A DNA stretch of 64,000 nt. Source: Hemiscyllium ocellatum (lineage: Eukaryota). Both the position numbers and the translations under genes were made by a program. Where the stretch lies: contig NC_083438.1 of NCBI RefSeq assembly GCF_020745735.1, positions 10,381,867 through 10,445,866 of the forward strand, in the 5' to 3' direction. This document shows, one piece after another, positions 26,991-39,700 of this stretch. The notes beneath the pieces are model-generated. The model was not told the origin of the DNA. It worked only from the letters and a program-made list of their open reading frames with translations, and made no database searches. Positions within the stretch are counted from its first letter, which is position 1. Each line of letters starts with the position of its first letter.

Positions 26991-29709
26991 TTTGCTCTTA
27001 ATGTACTAGCCGAATCTCTTTGGATTATCTTTAACATTAACTCCCAAGGTTATCTCATTTTCCTTTCTTGCCCTCCTCATTTCCCTCTTTAGAATGTCCC
27101 TGCACCTCTTGTACTCTTCGAGATTCACTTGATCTCATTTATCTATATCTAATATATGATTCATTCTTAATGTGAACCAGAGCCTCAATATCTTTATTCC
27201 TCCAGTGTTCCCTCCTCTTCCCAGCCTTATCTTCACACTAACAGGAACATTACACCTCCAAACTCTCGTTATCTCACTTCTGAAAGCTTCACTCTTGTCG
27301 GCCGTCCCTTGAGCTGCAAACAATCTACTCCAATCAACCCTTGAAAGTTTTTGTCTCTTACTATCAAAATTTTCCCTAGTCCAATTAAGAACTTTAACTT
27401 TTATATAATGCCAATCCTTTCCATAGATATTCTACAACTTATTGAGTTATGACCACGGCCCCAAAAAGCTCCTCTAATAACCATTCAGTCACTTGCCCTG
27501 CCTTATATCACAAAAGTAGGTCAGGTTTTCTCCTTCTGTGGTAGTTACATCTGCATATTAATGAAGAAAATTGACTTTAGCACTTACCAAATTCCTCACC
27601 ATCCAAGCTCTGAAGACCATGGCTGTCCCACTTTATGTTTGGAAGGTTACAATTTGCTATTATTACAATCCTATTATTCTTACATATAAATAAGATCTCT
27701 TGACATATTTGTTACTCAATTTCACTCTGACTGCATGGTGGGGAGGTGGGAGGTGGGGGGTGGGGGGGCTATTACAATTGCATCAAAGTAATCATGCTCT
27801 TCTTATTGATGAGTTACATCCACATAGCTTCACTGGACCATCCCTCAGAAATACCTTGTGTTAGAACAGCAGTAATGTTTCATCACTAGAAAAATCTCCT
27901 TCTAGCTCTTCCTACTCTGTCGTACCTTTGATGGTGGGAGGGGCTTTGAACATAAATTATTCAATTTACTGGTGATGGTTAGTAGCTGAAAATAAAGATA
28001 CTATGGAGGACTTGGTGACGGGAAATAAAAAGTTACATTGTGTGGAAGGAAAATTCCGGATATAAACAAGAATTTTAAAAAACAAATTCCATTCTGTCTG
28101 CCCAGGTCTTGCCTACACCGCTGTACCTCCAGAGTACCTTCCTTTTATTTTGATCAGTTCAAGTTAATCTCACCCGCTGTTTTGTACTTGTCAACCATTT
28201 GTTAACGGGTGTTTGCCATTTCAGAATGTAGGCTACCTTATTGTGTACGTTCTCAGAATTCAGTGTTTAGAGTCCTTGTTGTTTCAACCTGGGCTTTGGT
28301 CTATAATGCAAAATTACAGAAAAATATTAATAGCAATTTAAGGTAAAATGTTAGGATATTGGAAGAACAGCTAAGAGCATCAAGTTTGACAGAGGGGTTG
28401 TGGAAAAGGACATGGAAAGCAGCAGGGTTTCCAAACTTCTGATCTCTGCCTTCCCTGATCAAAATCAACCTGTGGTTTATAATTTTTGCGGATTGTTATT
28501 CATTAATATCGGCGTGTCAGATATATCTCAGTTTCAGGGAGGTGTGACGTGCTTCTTTGTTTTGTGATGAACTCAGGGGAACGTACAATAGTAAGGGGGT
28601 AAACCCAAAGGGGTGAAGGAGCAGAGGATCCTCCGTGTGTCTGTGCACAAATCAGGGAATGTGCCATGATACGTGAACAGAAGACCAAAAAACCCCTACT
28701 TCATCAATAACGCTGTAGAGAACAAACACAAAGCAATTATGTTAAACTGAAATAAAAGTCTCTTGTCTCACCTGGAATATTGCATCTAGTTTCAGGTGCC
28801 ACGTTTTTGAAAAAATGCGAAGTTATGAGATTGGGTGCGTGACTGATTCACAACACTATTCCAGGAATGATATACCTCACCGACTCTGAGAAATTGAGAA
28901 TGTTCTCCTCTGTTGATAGTTCCCAGGCTCTGTGAACATTTGCTATGATTGGTTCTCAATTCCGTCTTGCATCATATAGATCCCAATGGCTGAATATTTC
29001 AGGGACTCATGAGCTCTGACTTGCCTGATCAACATCGACTTCTGATTTATTATTTTTGAGGGTTGCTGTTCACTAATATCCCTGTATCAGATAAATCTTA
29101 GTCTCATTCCCTGGGACTTGACAGGTGTGGTGTGTCAAATAGATCCCAGGAATTGTGCTCCATGAGATTCATGTGAGAAAAACTCCAGTTCTGAGAATCC
29201 GCACTTGGATTGTGCACGTGTTGTGTCTGACTACCTGCCTGAACGTTGGCATTTTTGGCTGATGAATGTTTCGTTGGGCGTTTTAGGTGGTGATTTATGC
29301 ATTACTAACCCAGACTGTCGCGACATTGGGAATACATTTAGTTTAGACAGTGTAGAGAAAATGTTCAAACTCCATTGCCTGCCTTTTATAGGCTTCTGGT
29401 GGAGCAAAGCTCCTCATTTGTTTCATTACGTGACCCGAGGCCGTGACCCTTGATGCATAAGAGGAAATGTTCTCTAATCATTCTGTCTCTGTTGTGTTCC
29501 ATCAGACATATCATGTGAACGATGTATTTACATTAGTGGGTGGCATGGCAGCGCAACATTAAACTAAATGACTGGATGAAACACAACCAAACAGAACAAG
29601 TGAAAGTATTTGGCTGGGAAAGGAGTAGGATGTGGGAAAATGTATTATTACTGACTGGCCTTGAAGAAAGAATTAAGCAAACTCAAGGTTAGTGCATATT
29701 CATTCGAGA

Positions 29710-29715
29710 TTTATT
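29710..29715 (-). terminator. Candidate membrane-form poly(A) signal
   Basis: AATAAA on the minus strand ~430 nt after the TM2 stop. Supported by position only. Confidence 0.4.
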
Positions 29716-30143
29716 AACCATTTCAGAAAGCATTTTTATCCAAAAAGTTGATATAAAAGCTAACAGATGTGAATATAATGGCTGGATGCCACATTGAGAT
29801 GAGAACACATGCGTTGTGAGGTGGGAATTTTCTGTACATCAGTACAGTCACAAGAAAGGGAATACGAAGGCTCATCAGAAAGGGTATGCAACCATTCTGA
29901 GTAAGGAACAAATAAAAAGAATACAAATGGGCTTCAAACAACTGGGAAGCTACACATTCTTCCAAACACAACCATCTCAAAAATATCAAAGTAAAAACGA
30001 AAATCCATCAATAACTGTCTCAGTTACATGCTGATAAACTGAAGTAATCTCACTGTTAGAGTTAGCAACGGGACAGATTGTAGATTGGGAATTCAGAGAC
30101 CTTGATAAGCAGATCATGAAAATCAAATGGGTCCACAACTCAT

Positions 30144-30152
30144 TCACTTAAC
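30144..30152 (-). CDS. IGHM: IgM TM2 exon (VK*)
   Basis: A 139-nt intron ends in TTTCTCTTTTTCAG|GTTAAGTGA, giving the KVK cytoplasmic tail. Confidence 0.88.
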   Translation of the reverse strand, partial: VK

Positions 30153-30291
30153 CTGAAAAAGAGAAATAAAGCAATGACGCAGATATTTATGATCAGGGAC
30201 TTTCAGATTTAATGTTTATTCAATGGCACACTTAGAGATTTCACAAAACATATTGGGCTGCTTGGCGTGAGAAAGATGTGATCATTCTCAC

Positions 30292-30419
30292 CTTCACCAG
30301 AGTGATGGCAGCGCTGTAGAAAATACTCAGGAAGAACAAGGTGATGAATGTGGAAGCAGTTGTCCAGATGTTGCTGTTATCATCCTCATAAACTTCAATC
30401 CAAGTGCGATCTATTGAAT
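30292..30419 (-). CDS. IGHM: IgM TM1 exon (128 nt)
   Basis: Acceptor TTCATAG|AT. With the G from the C-mu4 internal donor it reads DSIDRTWIEVYEDDNSNIWTTASTFITLFFLSIFYSAAITLVK, the CART-type Ig TM motif. Donor AAG|GTGAGA. Confidence 0.93.
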
Positions 30420-30999
30420 CTATGAATATAAAGCCGAGAGAACGCATTTAGTTTGCTTATTGATCCAGATCGATCTATCTGCATCCAAGTCATGTAATTA
30501 GAGACTGTTACATCTTCATAAAGCAGTCAGGTATTTCTCAAGTGTGACTCTTATCTGTATCTATTAGTGCATTATTGACTCTCAGCAAGAAATTACAAAT
30601 ACAACTGCACATGTTCTTTTTTCATTGTCCATGTCAGAACGTTTTAATTTATTTTCTTTTAATCTATTATTTAAGGATATTATTATATGAGGAATGATTA
30701 TTACGAATGATTATTTTAATTATATCATTATATTTTAAATATAGGCTGTGACAGCACTTTAGTTGAAAATTGTGGCCATCACTGAAGAAAAGTTCAAATG
30801 TGATTCTCATCTTTATGCATTGGTGACCAATTGCTTGGCAAATCGTGGATACAAGTGACATCACAGTCAGGACATTGCTTCATATTTTTGTTTGTAGGAT
30901 CTGTATATTTAGGAATAAGTTTTTGTACATGTGTCCCTTAATTTATTTGATCTACTGCTTGGTGTGTTTGGTTTTCCTTTAATGTTTGTGTCTGTGGTT

Positions 31000-32020
31000 A
31001 TGAGAGTCTCTTACTTCACTCTTGCCCATGTTGGAGTCTGTGCATGAATAAACATATTCCTGTTCCTATACGGCTGTGTGCTCATGTGTTTGTGCACCTA
31101 AATTTTGGTCTTTTCACATTGTGTAAGCATCATTATGCTAATATGCTACTCCGTTGTTGGCTATACTTATCTTGTAATGTCTTTGTGTATGTTCACTTTT
31201 CAATAGTGCTATCTAAAATGTGTGCTTATGTGTCTGTTTCAGATCCTACCTAAACTAGATTATTTTCATGTTTATGCTTAATAAATGTTAGCATGCAATG
31301 TCATGTTTTGATGGATGTTTATATTTATATCATGATGTCTGCTTGTGTGGCAATCTTTCCCAAACCATCTCCTGAGAAGCTTGTTTGTGTTAGAGTTTGT
31401 GGATGCTTGCTGATGCTGGTGCCCATTATCCTTGTTTAATAAACGCACCTCTATTTGTTGATCTATGCACTTGCGAGTCTACATGTGAGACTCTGAATTT
31501 GTGTGTACGTGTGATATTGTATATATGCTAATCAATGTGTTTTAAAAATAACTAATTAAGCTGACTCTGTCAATGTATGTTTGTGATTCTGAAAATGGGA
31601 AAATAATGATATTAATGTTTATCTCTGTGCACTTACATGCCTGTGAGTTGACATGTGGGAGGACATTTTTCGGAATTTGTATCTGTGTGTTCATGCGTGT
31701 ATGTCTGTACGCATTGTGCTGTATGAATGCATGTATTTATGCCCATTTGTGTGTTACCGTGTGTCTATGTTTCTCATGGTTATGTGTGAGTACCTCTGCT
31801 CATTTATGCAAATGATTTTCTTTCGGTGTATGTGAGTTTTTGTATGAGCTTAGGTGAGTGTTCAAGTACTACTTGCATGTGTGGCTCTGTGCGAATATGC
31901 ATGTGTGACGTCTTATCTATATGCACATTTGAGTGTGCACATAAATATGCGTCTTTAGGTGAGAGCCCGTATATGTGTCATTACGTGTGTATTTGTGATC
32001 ATCTCTCTGTATCTGTTCTT
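31000..32020. repeat. Degenerate TG-rich (CA-rich on the IgH sense strand) low-complexity tract in the C-mu4-TM1 intron
   Basis: Dense tgtgtg/atgtg/tatgtg words over ~1 kb with no fixed period. Confidence 0.75.
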
Positions 32021-33134
32021 ATACCAGACGGCAATTTTTATTATTCTAATTTATTGTTCTAATTTTAATGGATTTCCCATAATTAGATCTGACCTTGGTG
32101 TTGTAGGAAACATTTCCCACCGTCATGGAGAGATAAGCGTTTTATGAGCAACTCTTCTGTTGCAGTGATAGAATTTCTGTCTCTGAGAGAAAAGGCATGA
32201 GTTCAAATCCCCACTGCCCCAGATATAACATTTCTGAATATGTTTATTAGAAAATGTCTACTTGTGTTCTGTGTGTGAAACAAAATGATATCAGGTATTC
32301 GAATACCAGAATTGATCCCTCGTGCTCCAGAAAACTGAGACAAAACTATCGAATTCAAACTGGGACGATGCAAACACCAGTTCTGGATTATGGGAATCAA
32401 TGTTAATCATTTGTTAACAGAGCCAAGCGTGTCCAACATGCTCCAAAGGTATTATTTTGCATGGAAATGTTAAATATTTGGACAGTAAGCAAGAAGCTGA
32501 CTGTTCCTGTTAGCAACTGGGTTACATTACAGAGGACATCTACCATGAAAATTCTGCACAGGGAGCAAGAGGACAGACTTGTTCCCCTCCCCTCTGCTCC
32601 ACAACAACTAATCTGTCGATTCTCTTTGGTGTGAAAGTGCAGATACATTCTGTCAACTCATGCGCTGGTGCAAGATCCCTGGCAGTTCCCAGAAACAAAG
32701 GTTACATTCAAACTGCTCTGCCTTCTTTACAATTTGTATGTTCCAATCAAATTTAATTTTAAAGTGTCTTAAATTTACATTTCCAATTGTTGCAATGTAG
32801 CAGTTTAAAACTGACATGAAGTTTGGAAGAATGTCCAATTGAGGGAATCAAGAACACTAAGTTCAAAACTCATGCTCTACCCTTGACATAAAATGGACAT
32901 TTTCAGATTTTGTCACAGAGGGATTTAGGATGGACAATGTACTTGTCGGAATTCTGCAATGAGTGAGCTTTACTCTGTCTCTGACCCAGGGTGTATCTGA
33001 GCAGAGAACATTAACTGCACAATACACTCGTCCTAGACCTGTTAATAACCCACTTTAACTACACCGATGCAATGTAAGTCAGAGGGAGAAGCAATTAGTT
33101 CAGTAGTTAACTCAAAACTGGATTAAAAAAACAC

Positions 33135-33181
33135 TTTATTACTTCTGTTGAATTATTAAATGCAACTTCGAGATTTTTATT
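33135..33181 (-). terminator. Secretory-form poly(A) signals (AATAAA)
   Basis: One AATAAA overlaps the stop codon (CAATAAAAA, ~33174-33182) and a second lies at 33135-33140. Confidence 0.7.
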
Positions 33182-33569
33182 GACATGAATTGACAGTGTC
33201 CATCAGTGCAAGTGAAATATTTACAAAACTCGGTTTACCGCTGGATTTATCGACTGTTCTGTTGATGATCTTCAATGGAATTGCCTCATGTCCCACCACA
33301 CAGGAGTAAGAAGCACCGCTAGCCCACTCCTCCGCTGTAATGGATAACAGGCTGTAGATGAAGAAGGAGATGTTGTCACTCTCCGCCATCACCTCGGTGT
33401 TCTTGTAGTTACTGTGATTCACCGGCATGTCATTGTTTGTCCACTTGACGAAGATCTCTAGGGGGGGAGAAACCTCTCACTAAACAGGTGAGGGAGAGAA
33501 ACCTCTGAGCGGAGATTTCTTCTGTTGGTGGCAGGAGGACCGACACTGATGGCTCCAGCGGATTAATCA
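33177..33569 (-). CDS. IGHM: C-mu4 + secretory tailpiece exon, with a +1 frameshift at the G7 run 33461-33467
   Basis: Acceptor CTGCAG|TG, then (V)[34 protein letters not shown]; after the shift [93 protein letters not shown]. Exon length of 393 + 1 nt is not a multiple of 3. Internal donor AGCG|GTAAAC at 33239/33238 serves the membrane form. Confidence 0.93.
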
Positions 33570-34024
33570 CTGCAGAATATTTGAGACAACTATAAATCAA
33601 CCCAAAACTCCAGAACCAATACCACAATTTCACTAAATACTAAAATACACCAAATTTAATTTGGGATTTATTCACTTTGGTTTTCTAAAGGAGCAGAATG
33701 GTACACATTCTGTTCAGTAAAAGAAGTAACAATTTAATGTGAAAGTCGCCTCCATGTTTCCAGCCCACAACAAGGACATTCTGTCCAATTGTCATTGCTG
33801 ATGGTGACGTCACACCCCAGGTTTCTTCCCACCTTATCTGACTTAATCGGAATAGAATATCCTTTGGTCAGTCTTCTCCTTAATCAGCTACTTAGCTATC
33901 CTGCCTTCAGATGCATCATCAATGCTCCCAATAGTGTTTGTTCATTACCAATCAAAGCCTGACATTGATGCAACTGGATCTGGATTACACATGGGATCCT
34001 GTGTGTTTTAATCTCACCACTCAC

Positions 34025-34333
34025 CTTTCTCCTTGTGGATGGAGTCTCTCATTGGAGTCGGTAGATTCTGATGGTACACCACACATTCAAAAGTAACACC
34101 ACTCAGCCAGGCTTCAGTCGACATGTCTAATTTGCTGATCACGCTGTCGGGATTCTGTCCAGGCTGGTCAGCAATCTCTGATTTCAGAGGCTTCTTTTCT
34201 TGTTTCCAGGTCACGTTGACTCCAGAAGGAAGATTGGACACAACGCAGGTTAACGTCACCGTCGCCTCCAGTAAGACTTGTTCTACTGGCGGTGGGAGGA
34301 TTTTAACGGTGTTAGGGTGGCACTCGGTATCTT
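34025..34333 (-). CDS. IGHM: C-mu3 exon (309 nt)
   Basis: Acceptor TTTCATAG|AA, then (E)[44 protein letters not shown]...[22 protein letters not shown], then donor AAAG|GTGAGT. Confidence 0.95.
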
Positions 34334-36291
34334 CTATGAAACAAAAATCAAAGTCAATGAAAAATGCCCCTTTATGATACAAACACCCAATATTCAGATT
34401 ACTTCTTCACAGGGTGAAGATACCACCTTCAAAATGGCAACTCCAACTATTGCTGAAACGATGCTTACTATTGTTGATGTATTTTGATTTGTGAAAGCAT
34501 TTGTGATTACCTATAACATACCCTGTGTAATTATTCCTCAAGAACACTGGCTTTGTAACAAGTGAAACCCGTGAAAAAAGTAAAATCATCAAAGATTCCA
34601 TCATGTAATCCATGGAATTACCTTTCTTTCAGAATTTGTCTCTCACTTGAGACCATCTATTGATACTTGTGACAAGAGTAATCTGAATATAATGAGTTCA
34701 TTTCCATGTTCATAACCCTTAGGTGCAAGTGCTGCTGGTCACGCTGACTGCCAAATCACATCACAAATTTTGGACAAATTCTAATAAATGATAATTATTT
34801 TCTTTGCAGAGTTCTAAAGTGTTACAGGAGCGGTGAACAGCCATGGTAATTCTGTTCATTATATTTAACGTGATCAAAAATACTTTGCGTTATTGTTATG
34901 ATGTCATTCTCTAATTTATGTCATTGTTCCTCGTGGGCTGAGTTTGGAGTAGATCTGAAAACTAGTCACTCAGTACAGCTTTGGATATCGAGAAGGATAC
35001 CCATCTCTTTAAGTCTTTCCCTCCATTCAGTTAGTTCATGACTGGTCTGTACTTCCACTTTATTTACCAAGCTGCATTTTTAAATTTATTCATAAAACAG
35101 GGGGAAAGAAAAACAAACAAAAGCGTCTTAAATTAATCTACAAACGCGATGAAAATGTGCATTAATTTTATAGACATTCACTACTCACTGTGTAAACATC
35201 ACCACCGCAAACCAGGCTAAAGCAGCCTGTCTCAAATTCCTAATTCATTAATCTCTATTGTAGCATTCCCACCAGAATTTATTCTCCTGCCTCATCCATT
35301 AATTAGAGAGCATCTTATAAAGCTCAGTGAGATCACGTTTATCCCAGTTCATCAAATGTGACACCCACTTGGTATGTGGTCTGATCCCATAAATGAAGTT
35401 AAAGAGCTCGGTACCAGATAAAAATTGATGTCGTACAATGTCCAAAGCCAACAGGTCTTTCCTGAGCAGGGAATGAAGCATTGAACGCATTTTGATTTAT
35501 ATTCAAGTAAAGGTCACTGTTTATTTTAAGTATGCCATTTTGAGACCACAACATCATACAGTAGAGGATCAGAATAAGGGTGTTCAGACAATCCAGAGTT
35601 TAGATCAGAGTGGTGCTGAAAAAGCACAACAGTTCAGGCAGCATCTGAGAAGCAGGAATATTGATGTTTCGGGCTAAAGCCATTCTATTGTCTTCTCCCC
35701 ACACTAAACAAGAGCCGATCTATCTCTGGCTTGAATACACACAATGACCTGGCCTCCACAGCACTCTGCAGCAGCGGGTTCTACAGATTTATCACCGTCT
35801 GGCTGAAGAAATTCCCCCATCTCAGTTCTAAACGGTGCCCCTTTGACCCTGAGACTGTGCCCTTGAGTCACGCCTACCAGTCAAAACATCTATTCCACAT
35901 TTACTCGATCTCAGTCTTTCAGTATTTTCTATGTTTCAATCAGATATCTCTCCAATATCCCCCCTCCACCCCCAAACTTATCCTTGAAGCCACTACCAGG
36001 CAAGGATTCAGCACTCTGAATGCCTCTCCCAGCATGGTCAGGCAACAAACTATTTAACAAAGCTCACTGTCTATATATCTGTCTTCAACAGAGAGGAAAC
36101 ATGCCTTTCTGATTTGCTAAAATGTTGAAGTATGAGCCATGCTAATATATCACTCAAACTGAAATAAGATACGTGGCATGTTGGGATATGAGAAGCTGTA
36201 CCGTGCCGTTTACTACGCCTGATAAATTAGTGTGTTTGATTCACATCAGAGTTCAGAATGATTTGTAGCTCTCTCAGTATGTGTCTCTTAC

Positions 36292-36597
36292 CCTGGAGTG
36301 CGGTGATGTTTTTACTTTGAATGTTCTCTCCATGATTGACCTGGCAGGTATAGACTGCGCTGTTGTACCATTCATCATAAGGGACCATCAGCCGACTCGT
36401 CACCGAGAAGTTCCCGTTTGCCTCACACACGGGAGACGTGAAGAAGCCAGAATACAAGCGTTGGCCATTTTTCAACCAACTCACAGAGATTGACTTCGGA
36501 TGGAAATCGATGATTGAACAGACTACGGTTGCAAACGTGCTGCTTGCGATTTCTTCACTGGAGCTCACAGTTAGGAGAAGAGTTGGCTGGAGAATAT
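36292..36597 (-). CDS. IGHM: C-mu2 exon (306 nt)
   Basis: Acceptor CCTAATTTTCAG|AT, then (D)[44 protein letters not shown]...[23 protein letters not shown], then donor CAGG|GTAAGA. Open frame, phase 1-1. Confidence 0.95.
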
Positions 36598-36719
36598 CTG
36601 AAAATTAGGAAGCACACCGTATACATTATGTGACAAATTTCATAACAAATACAATGTGTTCTCATATATCAAAGTTTCCTGTGGTTGATGGATACTATCC
36701 TCGATATTACAAGATATCA

Positions 36720-39700
36720 TAATTGTGCAGAGTGCTGGAGAAGCTGGGATCCACACAGAAAGATCAGCAGGACGATGTGAAAGGCTAAATTTATAGGACA
36801 CAGCAAGGGAGTCAAGGAGGCATAGAAACTAGGGCCGGTTAAATCAAAAGGGAGATAGCAACTTTGGATGGTATTCGTTTTCATGACAGAGTCTGATGAA
36901 CAAGGCAGATGAATTACCAGCATAAATCAGGAAATGATGCGGTTGCTATCGCAGAGACATATTGAGAGCCGGGCAGGAGTGGCTATTCAATATTCCAGGA
37001 TTTAGTGCTTTCAGGCGAGACAGGGAAAGATGGAAAATGCTTTGACCAGAGTGAACTGGAAGCTGGCACTTAGTGATAAATCTAAATCAGAGCAGTGTGA
37101 CACATTTAAGAAATAAATAAGAAAAGCATAGGGAGGACATTTCCCAGATAGCAGCTGCGTGGGATCAAGAATGCAGCGAGCTCTGGACACCAAAGGGCAT
37201 GGAGGTGAGATAAAGAGAAGCAAAGGAGGCTTCCGGTCTATACTGAAATCTGAAAGCAATAGAAACTAATATAAGGTACAGAAGGTGCAAGGGGAGTTTG
37301 AAAGAAAGAGGGATTAGGAGAGCAAAAGGGATCATGAGAAAATAATAGCACCAAAATAAAGGAAAATATTTTTAAAAGTTACAGGCTCATTCATAATAAA
37401 AGACTCATTTGGGAAACAGTAATGCCCATTAAATGTTATTACTGGAGTGGAGCCAGAGGATTAGGTTGTGCTCGAAACAAATGTGATGTGTCAGTGTTCA
37501 CTAGTAAAAGGAACAATGTGGGGACAGAAATCAAGGAGTGTTGTGATGTACTTTCCGAACTTAGGGCACATGATGTGATGTTTTGTGTTGAATTACTGGA
37601 TGAAAAGTGGTTATATTTCCAGGGCAGATGAAATATATACCAAGCTGTTGAGTGATGCAAAGGATGAAATAGTTGGGACGCTGACAATTATTTAGAATTA
37701 CTGTCTAGCCACAGCAGTTGTGCCAAGCGAGTGTAGATCAGCCAAAGTTGCACCGTTATGCAGGACGAAGGAAGGGATAAACAATGAAAACACAGATCTG
37801 TCAAGCTAATCTCAGTGGTGGGGAAATTATTGGAACTATTGAGAAGCAGAATTAGTCTCCATTTGGAAGATCAATCAACAATTTTCAGCATGGTTTTATT
37901 GAGAGAAAGTCATGTCTTAACAATTTGATGATAGTTTTCAGAGAGATCACTCGATGTACAGATGATAGCAATAATCAGAGCCAATGGGATCCGAGTTAAT
38001 TTGACAGATTGGATCCAGAACTGGCTGAGTGGTGGGAGCAGGGGATAATGGTCATAGAGTATCTGTGTGACTGGAAATCTATGTCTCGTGGTGTTTTGCA
38101 GGGATTTTGCTGATTTTCTTGCTGTTTCTCTTATATACCAATGATTGAGACTCGAATGTAGGAGGGTTATACAGTAAATTCACAGATGAAAGGAAAATTG
38201 TTATGTTGGTAAGTCATGAGCATAATGGCTTTAGATTGCAGGAGGATATACAAGGGTTGGTAATGTTGTGGTTCTGTTCGCCGAGCTGGAAGTTTTTGCT
38301 GCAAACGTTTCGTTCCCTGGCTAGGGAACATCATCAGTGCTATTGGAGCCTCCTGTGAAGCGCTGCTTTGATGTTTCTTCCGGTATTTATAGTGGCTTGT
38401 TCTTGCCGCTTCCGGGTGTCAGTTTCAGCTGTAGTAGTTTGTATGTGGGGTCCAGGTCGATGTGTCTGTTGATGGATGTTCTTGCCATTTCCGGGTGTCA
38501 GTTTCAGCTGTAGTGGTTTGTATATGGGGTCCAGGTCTATGTGTCTGTTAATGGAGTTTGTGGATGAATGCCATGCCTCTAGGAATTCCCTGGCTGTTCT
38601 CTGTCTGGCTTGTCCTATGATGGTAGTGTTTTCCCAGTCAAATTCATGTTTCTGGTTGTCTGAGTGTATGGCTACTAGGGATAGCTGGTCGTGTCGTTTT
38701 GTGGCTAGCTGATGTTCGTGAGAATTCACCACAAGGGTACACAGGAAACCAACACACACAGACCAAGTCCTAAACTATGAAAGTAACCACCCCAACACAA
38801 ACAAACGAAGCTGCATCAGGACACTATTCAAAAGAGCCACAACACACTGCAGTACACCAGAACTGCGAAAAGAGGAAGAGGAACACCTATACAATGTATT
38901 CGCCAAAAACGGATACCCACGCAACTTTATCACCAGATGCCTAAGAGATAGACCACGGAACGAGGACATGCCACAACCAAAAGGACTAGCCACACTACCA
39001 TACGTCAGGAGCGTCTCAGAACTGACAGCCAGACTACTGCGACCCTTAGGACTCATAACAGCACACAAGCCAACTTCCACACTCAGACAACAACTCACTA
39101 GAACAAAGGACCCAATAGCCAGCATGAGCCAAACTAATGTAGTTTACAAAATACCATGCAAGGACTGCACAAAACACTATATAGGACAAACAGGAAGACA
39201 GCTAACAATCCGCATCCATGAACATCAGCTAGCCACAAAACGACACGACCAGCTATCCCTAGTACCCATACACTCAGACAACCAGGAACATGAATTTGAC
39301 TGGGAAAACACTACCATCATAGGACAAGCCAAACAGAGAAGAGCCAGGGAATTCCTAGAGGCATGGCATTCATCCACTAACTCCATTAACAGACACATGG
39401 ACCTGGACCCAATATACAAACCACTACAGCTGAAACTGACACCCGGAAGCGGCAAGAACATCCATCAACAGACACATCGACCTGGACCCCACATACAAAC
39501 TACTACAGCTGAAACTGACACCCGGAAGCGGCAAGAACAAACCACTATAAATACCGGAAGAAACATCAAAGCAGCGCTTCACAGGAGGCTCCAATAGCAC
39601 TGATGATGTTCCCTAGCCAGGGAACGAAACGTTTGCAGCAAAAACTTCCAGCTCGGCGAACAGAACCACAACAACGGACACCCGAGCTACAAAGCTTCAA

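Noticed and set aside
29150-29460. Possible 3' enhancer downstream of TM2 (CACGTG, TTACGTGA, some CpG)
   Set aside because: Only short motifs are present, with no independent evidence from the sequence alone.
31801-31815. Octamer ATGCAAAT matches (also ~4922, ~7419) as Ig enhancers
   Set aside because: An 8-mer occurs a few times by chance in 64 kb of AT-rich DNA, and there is no supporting motif cluster.
31044-32147. Cys/Val/Met-rich ORFs
   Set aside because: These are translation artefacts of TG-rich low-complexity DNA.
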